The notes under the pieces were generated by a model. It was not told where the DNA came from and ran no database searches. It saw nothing but the letters and a program-made list of their open reading frames with translations. From positions 168,228 through 232,227 of IMG/VR virus record IMGVR_UViG_3300009709_000002: a stretch of DNA of 64,000 nt, one strand, 5' to 3'. Both the position numbers and the translations under genes were made by a program. Below are positions 49,401 through 57,203 of this stretch, piece after piece. The stretch's first letter is position 1; each line of letters begins with the position of its first letter. Origin of the DNA: a virus. Lineage: Duplodnaviria; Heunggongvirae; Uroviricota; Caudoviricetes.

Positions 49401-49924
49401 GTGGTTACTACTCGCAGATGCAAAACTACGTGAACGGCGTGCTTTCTGCTCCTCCGACAGCTCCAACATCGCTGGATCTTCGCACAACGTATGCATCGCT
49501 GATCGAGAGCAAGATGCTTTCAGACACGGTTGTAATGCACTCGGCTAACATTAAGATGTTGTTCGGTAACCAAGCTGACCCTCAGCTTCAAGCTACCTTC
49601 AAGATCGTGAAATCTGCTAGCTCGTCATTGACAGATGACCAAGTTCGTATTCAAGCGCTTGATGTAATTCAAAACTACTTCACGGTTGATAAGTGGACAT
49701 TTGGTCAGACGTTTTATGCAACCGATCTGTGCTCGCAGATCCACCAGACGTTTGGTTCTGACGTAGCATCTGTTGTACTGGTGCCAAACTTCCCGAACAA
49801 CTACTTCGGTGATTTGTACACGATCACGGCTGGTTCGGATGAGGTCTTTATTAGCTGCGCTCAATTGAGCAACGTGCAGATCATTCAGGATCTTAACAGC
49901 ACTACTCTGAAGCAAAAGTCGTAA
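46415..49924 (+). CDS. 6: Baseplate wedge gp6-like
   Basis: YPENFNDYIESS, TAARKQSILRLAKLVSY, FGDG.F..IP, AP.TYYSQNRMV..QDY. Confidence 0.88.
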   Translation: MTSATSLNAAETWDQVYQAFQQVNFVSYDYNAVKQSLLDYLKFYYPENFNDYIESSQLIAIIETFAYIAEQHAYRIDMSIHENMIDTAARKQSILRLAKLVSYTATRNIPLRGFVKITSVSSSQVLYDSQNNALSNKTINWNDPNNALWKEQFMVIMNAAMTQPFGSPFKSFQIDDTVFQQYEFQNVLESDSASTSFTNGCLPVKTTIAGSTVLFELVPADVDSDTVFERTPSLSEYFTMLYADDGFGDGSMTTGFLMYIKQGTMNRVPYIFTVPIPNQSVNITLNNINDADVWVQEVDATGTLINEWQAVDTVAGQNLQFNVNANLNQYEIESLEDDQIRLIFGDGDFSNIPTGYFNFWVRQSTSGSLVLQQSQMTNQTVTFAYTSSLGNTESITLTYSLTAALQNSSESEDIEHIRTAAPATYYSQNRMVNGQDYNSFVLKDPSILRVMAVNRTFAGQPKYINWNDASGTYQNVKIFGNDLRMYYDISSTVTTESLSSRVLIDQVLEPMLSDPGVYNMLAYAYNQSAAPLNLAYVRPRTTFIEDSTIGIQEKTAIQGALDRHWYGEPDTIVYLASDYTTTNTATLPSKYYAVVNSDTDHLIYDMNLPLVLQNTTNGTYAPLNITPNNVSGIQNTVMRQLQFGIGFNPIRAFQTTGIYINSGSVTTINSADSIANSSINQSTAINEILTVEITDSDGTFTVYSSVNGYYGSGTIGQIYTNGKISFIIGSPSGVTPSEYVTGDAFIITISNAGGVYNATNIARANLVGLFTIIPESQITSTTITDPYNPADPVDNWIIMVERVDDSSGNLLYWIVTQRNFELVVESPTTNFWFDNSTTIVDPDTLLPVVDQVRILKSNLNVTGLQAIGTDQIYNVAGKVNYDNGDVNINALQVTANDAQGTNTDGQGLLANPYQFLNFIGPNDYVYFTTDTTTGNLVPVVATAYIEGLTYTDNVSGIYTRKPGRDMLDFMWQHFTASDSLIDPSPSNIVDMYVLTRGYYSQMQNYVNGVLSAPPTAPTSLDLRTTYASLIESKMLSDTVVMHSANIKMLFGNQADPQLQATFKIVKSASSSLTDDQVRIQALDVIQNYFTVDKWTFGQTFYATDLCSQIHQTFGSDVASVVLVPNFPNNYFGDLYTITAGSDEVFISCAQLSNVQIIQDLNSTTLKQKS

Positions 49925-49944
49925 GTCAAAAGTAGGCCATTTCT

Positions 49945-49979
49945 TATCGCTAGACTATGGAATAAATAGTCTAGCGATA
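49945..49979 (+). promoter_or_regulatory. 14-bp perfect inverted repeat with late promoter in loop
   Basis: TATCGCTAGACTAT-GGAATAA-ATAGTCTAGCGATA; ATAAATA at 49962-49968. Confidence 0.7.
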
Positions 49980-50008
49980 CCTCATTAACAAATAGGCTCA
50001 AGCAGATA

Positions 50009-53000
50009 ATGGCTGACTTACAGAAAAAATCAATAGATCTTTCGACACTTCTCCCAAAGCGTTATCGTGATAAGACGATTAACACGTTGATGAGAAATGT
50101 CTTTAACAAACAACTAACCAAGAATGAATCGCAGCCGCTCTTTGGTTATGTTGGCGATCAATCGGTCGCAGCAGCTGGTGACATCTATATTCAAGAGCCA
50201 ACTGCAGAACGCCAGATCAATCAGCTTACTCCATTAGTTTATTCACAGCAAGCAACCGTAGAAAATGTCTGGGGCTGGCAAGACCTGCTTCAAAAGCTTG
50301 TAATCTCTGGTGTCGACTACGACACGATCAGCAATTGGTGTAATTCGACGAGCTTTAACTTTGCTCCGCCAATTGACTTGGACAAATTTTGTAACTTCAA
50401 TGAATATCTGTGGATCGGCAACTGGATCTTGAATAGTCCAGGTCTGCCGTATGAGACGCTAGGTATCCCGGTTGCTGCAGTGCAAGCTGCTCTTGCACGC
50501 TCCAACCCAACAGCTATCGCAGAATACTACGTCATTGGACGTGGCACGCTTGACTCAAATGGAAATCCTGTTGCTCCAATTCCAACGTTGACCTCATGGT
50601 CAGATTGGGCATTGTGCAACCTGTGGGTTCACCGTGAAGATGTGATCAGCTTCTACAACAACTTTTCTGGCGTTATCAGCTTCACAGAGATTTCGCAGGC
50701 TACTCGTCCAATCATCGAGTACACTAGCACGATCAAGCTCAACACGTTCGTGAACTCAAGCGGCGCACCAGCTGACGCAGGAACCGCTGGCGGTGTGGTC
50801 AAGAATCGCACGAACCAACCTCCGATGTTTGACCTGTACTACAATGATGGTACGCATACGAACACAGCTTCATCTACTTTCTACTACGTAGAAAGTTCTA
50901 CAGCGCCGGTTGACACGGTCATCGGTCGACGCCTTCTCATTGATACGCTTGATGAGTTCACTTTCGGTCATTCGTTGCAAAATCCAACGACTGGCGAAAT
51001 GCTGTACTACAAGGTTTATGAGAACAACGCGTTCCAGCTGCAGACAATTTGGCAAGCTGGTCCTGAAATGTCGACTAGCTACGTGCAGTATGACCAAACC
51101 GGCAATATGTTGAATGCTGATAAGATCAACAATTTTGCCAACTACTACTGGACGGGAGCTTCTGTTTCTCCGTCGAATCTACCGTCATACAACCAAGCTG
51201 GTAATCCTGAGTACTACGTTATTGACGTAAGTGGTACTAGCGATTGGGCAAAGTACAATTTCTGGGTTCACGTTTCTACGCTAAAGCGTTCTGACTTGAA
51301 GTTCTACATTCAAGCTACGCAACCGATCATTGAGCTTAATGCTCTGTTCGAAGCGTCGTTGCTTGAGCAAAAATCTTCTTTCAACCAGATTCCGCTGGTG
51401 CAGAAGTATGTCTACGATCAGACGACTGTGGGATACGCGCCTATTCCAGACTCAAACTATCCAACGCTGAATGACACCTACTTAGGTGGTGTGATTCTGG
51501 CTCGAGTAGCAGATCTTGGACCGCTCGCAGATGTCATCAACAACACGAGTGAAATTCAATCTCAGTGCCTGACGATTAATGATGAAGTCTATATTCAAGG
51601 TTTGCTGAGCGGATACTACAGCTTCAGCGTAGACGGTCAACCGCTGCCCTTCGCTCCGGTAGCTCCGTCATTCACGGGCACTGGAAATGGCACAGCTTCC
51701 TCATTCGTTACGAACACAGCGACACTAGCTCCACAGGTTCTGACTCTAACAGCAACATCAGCTACTACATTCAGCGTAGAAAGCACCGTTTTGACGAACC
51801 TGCCAGAGTTGACGGTTAATGAAACTTATACAGGCATCAACGGACTCACGTTTGTTGTGCTTGACGGTACTATTCCGTTTGAGGTTGGTGATGCTTTCGC
51901 TATTCCATTCAAGACCACGCTTTATACGAGTGGAAATCTGTATGCGAAACAGCAAGAAGTTTACAAGACCTGCACGCTAGCAACTGACATTCTTTCATCA
52001 GCAACTTCACAAGTCATCGTTCCAGCAGACGTTACGCTGAAGAATGGTTGCTGGGAAGTTCCACCGCAGTTCATGTGGAACGTCGTCAATGAGACTCGTG
52101 CTCAGGTTGGCCAAGGTGATTTGTTCAATCACTTTGCATCGATCATTCAAGATCAGGCTGGTCTCATCGGTGAATATGCTGGTTCAAACAACTGGCGTCA
52201 ACTTACCAACAAGAATTACGGTCTTGGCGGTACTATCAAGCAATTTGATGGTCGTTTTAGCTTGCTTATCGGCATGCTGCTTCAAGAAAATATCACCGTC
52301 AACTCATTGGTAGATTTCGCTCAGCAGAATTATGAGCAGATGCTTGCTCAGATCACGTCATATGCCGAAAACATTCTGCCAGGCTTGATCGCGACCGGAA
52401 CAGTGGTTCTTCCAAATGGAACAGACGATATCGATCCAAACATCGTTAGCGCGTTCAAGAAGTACTATCAAGCAACTACCACGCTTCCAGCCGCTAACAC
52501 AAACACGACTCTTGATGCCAACATCGCAGAGCTGTTTTATGACACGACTTCAGCGATCTCAAATGTAGTTGTTACGCTGCCGTATCTTGGCCTGCTGCCT
52601 GCAGTACAGCCTTCCAAGTCGTTTGACGGCAATTTGAACATGAATGTCATCGTTCACCATGACGGCCATGAAACTCAGATTCAAAGCGTCAATACTGATC
52701 TTCTGAAGCGTATCGTTCAAAAGTCATTCATCCGCTCGAACGGCCAGCAAACTCCAGGTATCATTGGAGGTTTGACCTACCCGTCACACCCGTTTGCAGG
52801 TCAGTACTGGTATGACACTACGACGAATCAGCTATTCTTCTATGATGTAGTGTCGGACACCGGTGAGCTTCCAGCAACTGCACCATATGGCGGCTATTCA
52901 TACAACCGTCAGACCAATGAACTCTGGCAGTTCAATGGTGCTGTGTGGACGAACGTTGGTAGCCAAGTTATCGTGCTGGCAGATCCATGGACAAATGTTC

Positions 53001-56000
53001 CTATCGACCAGGTCATCAATAACCTGACGTTGGCGATCGAGCAAGAGCTGTATGAGAATTGCCCGCCACGTAACATTGTGCTGGATACTACAGCTCTTCA
53101 ACAGAATCCTGATTACACGACCTTCATGCAAAGTGCATTTGAAAGCTTTGGTGTGAAGCACAATGTCACGGATGTTTACGGAAGCTCATTTGACCAGACA
53201 AATCCATTCACGTGGAATTATTCACAAGCTTCCATCAACGGAGTTCCATCTGGAACGGCTACTTGGCAAGGTATCTACAAAGCGTTCTATGGTACTTCAC
53301 GCCCAGATTTGAATCCATGGCTGCTGTGTGGTTACTCGACTGAAGCTGCTTTCTTGGACGCTCTCATTCTGAATGGAATTATTCCAGCTGGAACAACCAC
53401 GTTCACGACTTCAATGTGGCCAGCAGTCTCTACCTTTGTTCTCACGATCAGACAGAATGCAGGTCAAACTACAGCTGTAAGCGTCAATCAAGCAACCGGT
53501 GCACTTCTCCCACCATACGGAACGACTACACAAAACTTGACGCACGTCGTGCCAACTGGTATCGCTAATCGTTATGTCTTTGGTCAAAACGGTCCTATCG
53601 AGATGGTGTGGAAGACCACGACAGATTATCTCTACGGCCAAGTCAAGACATATTTCCAACTTGACCCGATGGGCTTCGTGGATAAGACATGGGGCGATGC
53701 AACCACCACGGTAGATGGTTACTCGATCGACAAGTATCTTGGCCGTAAGCTCGCGCCAAGCGATATCGTGCTACACGGAACTTTGCTGAATTCTGTTAGC
53801 TCACAATCATGGGTGACGTATGAAGCTATGTCGCTTCCAGAATACCCAATGACGTATACGTCTGAGGTCGTCAGCCGCATTGATGGTATCATCAAGCTTA
53901 CTGGAACAAACTTCACGACTCCGGTGTTTGTTAACATTGCAAATGGTTACCAAGATGCCTTCATTAAGATCACCTACACGCCGAATCGTATCGGCTTCAA
54001 CTGGGGTGATACTTACACGGCGGTGATTGATACGTTTGCTGCGATTACTACATCATACGTTCCACAGTCATACTACTACTCGGAAGGCTTCAATCAGCTG
54101 TTCGTGCAGTACATGCGCTCTTACAGCAGCGACATCGTCATTTCGACAGATACGGCTTACTTGAAAGATTGGTCGATTAAGCTTGGCTATCGCTTCGGCG
54201 GATTGATTAACTCTGATGTGCTGTCGATGACGATTGACGGTGCAGCGATCGCGACAAAGAATTATACCGTCTTCCTGAAAGAAAATAAGTTCACAAGCAG
54301 CAATTGGTTGAATGCTCTTCGTGTTCAACTTGTTCAGCGTGGTACGTCAAAGAATGTCAATGGTAGCCAAGTTCCTGCGAAAGGAGCTGCTGGTACTCAG
54401 CCTGGTGATGACTGGGTCTACCGTATCGATACTTACAATCCTAACCGCACTGAACTATCGTGGTACACGTATGATACGTCAGGCGCTAGCTATGAATTCA
54501 TGGCGCAAGGCGGAACAGTTACGACTGATGAATGGACTCGTTATCAAGTTGTGGCAAACACGATGACGTTCAAGGCTCCGTTCTTGGTGACAGGTCTGCA
54601 AAACTTGATCACTTTCCTGTTTGGCTACGCTGATTATCTTGCTGCTCAAGGTTGGTTGTTCAATGATCCTAACAATCAGCTGCTGAATTCAGCTGGACAG
54701 CCGCTTGGTTGGACCACTACTATTGAGGCGTTCATTAGCCAACAGTATGAAGGCGCGACCGCTGGCTCAGCCGTTAACTTGAATCCATTCTCACAAAATG
54801 TTTGGTTCCAGACAGAGACTGGGGTTGTTTCAAACCTGACCGGCAGAATTGGTCTGGAAACAGAAGCGATTCCAGCTATTCTCGACGTGAATAGTCAACA
54901 GATTCCGTCTTCAGAAATGCGTGTATTCCGTGATGAAGCTCTTACACAGATCGTGTTTGATACGCCTCCTTACATTATCCACTTGCTGACCAGTGAATAT
55001 GAGAATGTGGTTGCATTTGATCAATATGGTGCAGATGATGTGCTGATCTATGATCCATTCCTTGGCCAGATCATCAGCCGATTCTTCTTGACAGGTCAAC
55101 GTCAGCTTAATTTCAATGGTCGCCTTTCATATGGTGGACAGTATTTGTCTGATGGGCAGATGCGCCAAAACATGGAGGCAGCCGTTGAAAAGATTCTAAC
55201 GTTGTATGACACTGATTTGATGGTGACTAACGCACCTGAAACTGCGCACGCTCGCGGGTTGCTTGGTTACCAAGCTCCATCATACTTCACGCAACGCGGA
55301 TCAAGCGATATGACAGCATTCCGCTTCTGGCAAGGTATGATCTCTAACAAGGGAACAAACCTGTCGGTTGATGCGTACATCAATTCTTCCAAGTTCAAGA
55401 CTTATGAAATTGATGAATACTGGGCTTACAAGGTTGCAACGTATGGTGACGCAAACGGAATCGTCAAGACTGAAATCAAAGTTCAGCCAGATGATTTCAC
55501 GTCTGAGCTTACTAACTATCTGATCATTGAATCAGATGAGGTAGCTAATGCTACGGCGTATGAAAATGGAACTGCAACCACGATTTATGCAGCTTCGACA
55601 TCATACAACATGACTGCACCATACACTGGTGGTGGATCAATTCCGATCATGCCAACGGATGAAACAAGATGGTTCAGCTATGAAGACGTAGGCACGCTTC
55701 CATACTTTGAAGCACGCTTGATGAATGAAATCACGATCATTCCAGACTCACTTGACAAGATTTATGAGCTGAGAGATTCTAGAGGAAATCTGATTCGTGC
55801 AGATGCAATTGAAATTGTTGCGAATGACGGAACAAACTATGAGATTGGAAATTACGTGCCAGCGCCTACACCTACGCCGACACCAACCCCAACTCCTACA
55901 CCAACCCCGACGCCTGCTCCAACTCCAACCCCGACGGTTGCTATTCGTCCGGCTTGGTATAACGAGCTGGCTGGCTCACAATCTTTGTTCTACCCGATTG

Positions 56001-57112
56001 TGATCAATGGAGTGACGTACACGGTTCCGCCTACAGGTCCAAATTCAACTACACCATGGTCGCTGACACCGGTGCCTATCAACACGCCTGGTGATACGTA
56101 CTCATTGTTGAATTTGGCGGTTGTTGATTCTAACACGCTTACTGTTGAAGCAACCCAACCATCGTCTTGGACCCTGACAAATGCTCCGCCGTATTCAGCG
56201 ACGTTTACTCCAGCTCAGCTTCCGTACACTTCAGTGTACGCTGACACAGAGATGACGATTGACATGACGAATGGATCTGGCGCAGTTACGATCACCGGTA
56301 CTTATGCAGATAGCTCTACGATTACAGGCGTCATTAACTTGACGACGAGCTACACGCCAACACCGACGCCAACCCCGACTCCTACGCCAACCCCGACTCC
56401 TACGCCAACCCCGACTCCTACGCCGGTGTATTCATACAATTTTGTGCATCCGAACACCACGGTAATCACGGTTGTTCCCCCTGGCACAGGAACAGGCTCT
56501 AGCTCACCGGCAGCTCCAAGCTTCCAAGCTACTGACAGCACAGGCTTCAACAATATTGCTCAATATCCTGGTGGTTCCACGAGTGTTGGTTGGAATCCAG
56601 CGTATGTAATTGCTGGCAACCCAATCACAATCCCATCTGGTTCTGCTGCTGATCCAGATACGTTGTGGGGAACTATCACGCAAGAATATCCAGCGGGGGC
56701 AACGGCTTTTGCTAACGTGATCAACTACAATATTGGTGGATTCACTGGAACTATCACTGTAAATGCTGTGGTGAATAGAGCTTTCACTAATGTTAGCGAT
56801 GCGATCTCATGGTATCAGTCTGAAGGTTGGACAACGGATATTGATAGTTTCTGGGCAGAACAAACATCTCAGCTTAAATCCGCTGGCGTTTATACTGGCA
56901 CGAACCAATGTATGTGTATGCCACTATTTGGTAGCTTCAACGTACAGTTCAATGATAATGGATCATATCCGGTGACTGGAATGGGTGCTAGCAACACTGC
57001 AACAAATGTTTCACTTTGGGGAATGAACAATGACGTCTACCAAGGCGGAAATCAATACACGACTTGGATTACAGCTCCATCTGTTCTCATCGAGCGAGTT
57101 CAAACCAACTAA
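50009..57112 (+). CDS. Giant baseplate-associated structural protein (2367 aa) ending in two PT-linked modules
   Basis: Follows gp6; ERQINQL.P, F.PPIDLDKF.NF..Y.W, FWQGMI..KGT, EYWAYKVA.YG. Confidence 0.75.
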   Translation: MADLQKKSIDLSTLLPKRYRDKTINTLMRNVFNKQLTKNESQPLFGYVGDQSVAAAGDIYIQEPTAERQINQLTPLVYSQQATVENVWGWQDLLQKLVISGVDYDTISNWCNSTSFNFAPPIDLDKFCNFNEYLWIGNWILNSPGLPYETLGIPVAAVQAALARSNPTAIAEYYVIGRGTLDSNGNPVAPIPTLTSWSDWALCNLWVHREDVISFYNNFSGVISFTEISQATRPIIEYTSTIKLNTFVNSSGAPADAGTAGGVVKNRTNQPPMFDLYYNDGTHTNTASSTFYYVESSTAPVDTVIGRRLLIDTLDEFTFGHSLQNPTTGEMLYYKVYENNAFQLQTIWQAGPEMSTSYVQYDQTGNMLNADKINNFANYYWTGASVSPSNLPSYNQAGNPEYYVIDVSGTSDWAKYNFWVHVSTLKRSDLKFYIQATQPIIELNALFEASLLEQKSSFNQIPLVQKYVYDQTTVGYAPIPDSNYPTLNDTYLGGVILARVADLGPLADVINNTSEIQSQCLTINDEVYIQGLLSGYYSFSVDGQPLPFAPVAPSFTGTGNGTASSFVTNTATLAPQVLTLTATSATTFSVESTVLTNLPELTVNETYTGINGLTFVVLDGTIPFEVGDAFAIPFKTTLYTSGNLYAKQQEVYKTCTLATDILSSATSQVIVPADVTLKNGCWEVPPQFMWNVVNETRAQVGQGDLFNHFASIIQDQAGLIGEYAGSNNWRQLTNKNYGLGGTIKQFDGRFSLLIGMLLQENITVNSLVDFAQQNYEQMLAQITSYAENILPGLIATGTVVLPNGTDDIDPNIVSAFKKYYQATTTLPAANTNTTLDANIAELFYDTTSAISNVVVTLPYLGLLPAVQPSKSFDGNLNMNVIVHHDGHETQIQSVNTDLLKRIVQKSFIRSNGQQTPGIIGGLTYPSHPFAGQYWYDTTTNQLFFYDVVSDTGELPATAPYGGYSYNRQTNELWQFNGAVWTNVGSQVIVLADPWTNVPIDQVINNLTLAIEQELYENCPPRNIVLDTTALQQNPDYTTFMQSAFESFGVKHNVTDVYGSSFDQTNPFTWNYSQASINGVPSGTATWQGIYKAFYGTSRPDLNPWLLCGYSTEAAFLDALILNGIIPAGTTTFTTSMWPAVSTFVLTIRQNAGQTTAVSVNQATGALLPPYGTTTQNLTHVVPTGIANRYVFGQNGPIEMVWKTTTDYLYGQVKTYFQLDPMGFVDKTWGDATTTVDGYSIDKYLGRKLAPSDIVLHGTLLNSVSSQSWVTYEAMSLPEYPMTYTSEVVSRIDGIIKLTGTNFTTPVFVNIANGYQDAFIKITYTPNRIGFNWGDTYTAVIDTFAAITTSYVPQSYYYSEGFNQLFVQYMRSYSSDIVISTDTAYLKDWSIKLGYRFGGLINSDVLSMTIDGAAIATKNYTVFLKENKFTSSNWLNALRVQLVQRGTSKNVNGSQVPAKGAAGTQPGDDWVYRIDTYNPNRTELSWYTYDTSGASYEFMAQGGTVTTDEWTRYQVVANTMTFKAPFLVTGLQNLITFLFGYADYLAAQGWLFNDPNNQLLNSAGQPLGWTTTIEAFISQQYEGATAGSAVNLNPFSQNVWFQTETGVVSNLTGRIGLETEAIPAILDVNSQQIPSSEMRVFRDEALTQIVFDTPPYIIHLLTSEYENVVAFDQYGADDVLIYDPFLGQIISRFFLTGQRQLNFNGRLSYGGQYLSDGQMRQNMEAAVEKILTLYDTDLMVTNAPETAHARGLLGYQAPSYFTQRGSSDMTAFRFWQGMISNKGTNLSVDAYINSSKFKTYEIDEYWAYKVATYGDANGIVKTEIKVQPDDFTSELTNYLIIESDEVANATAYENGTATTIYAASTSYNMTAPYTGGGSIPIMPTDETRWFSYEDVGTLPYFEARLMNEITIIPDSLDKIYELRDSRGNLIRADAIEIVANDGTNYEIGNYVPAPTPTPTPTPTPTPTPTPAPTPTPTVAIRPAWYNELAGSQSLFYPIVINGVTYTVPPTGPNSTTPWSLTPVPINTPGDTYSLLNLAVVDSNTLTVEATQPSSWTLTNAPPYSATFTPAQLPYTSVYADTEMTIDMTNGSGAVTITGTYADSSTITGVINLTTSYTPTPTPTPTPTPTPTPTPTPTPTPVYSYNFVHPNTTVITVVPPGTGTGSSSPAAPSFQATDSTGFNNIAQYPGGSTSVGWNPAYVIAGNPITIPSGSAADPDTLWGTITQEYPAGATAFANVINYNIGGFTGTITVNAVVNRAFTNVSDAISWYQSEGWTTDIDSFWAEQTSQLKSAGVYTGTNQCMCMPLFGSFNVQFNDNGSYPVTGMGASNTATNVSLWGMNNDVYQGGNQYTTWITAPSVLIERVQTN
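55859..55935 (+). repeat. Pro-Thr linker 1
   Basis: PAP(TP)n with degenerate codons. Confidence 0.9.
56354..56425 (+). repeat. Pro-Thr linker 2 with three perfect 18-nt repeats
   Basis: ACGCCAACCCCGACTCCT x3 at 56366-56419. Confidence 0.9.
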
Positions 57113-57122
57113 AAGGTCAAAA

Positions 57123-57201
57123 GTTCCGCTGAGGCTGGCAGGATAAATATTGTTTTGATAGAGGAGAAGGTTCACTTCTCCTCTTCTAACAATTGCGGAA
57201 C
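57123..57201 (+). promoter_or_regulatory. Nested hairpin with internal late promoter, ending just before the next start codon
   Basis: GTTCCGC/GCGGAAC, ATTGTT/AACAAT, AGAGGAGAAG/CTTCTCCTCT; ATAAATA at 57143-57149. Confidence 0.7.
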
Positions 57202-57203
57202 AT

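Noticed and set aside
56354-56425. Tandem repeat considered as a CRISPR-like array
   Set aside because: No spacers; it simply encodes a Pro-Thr linker
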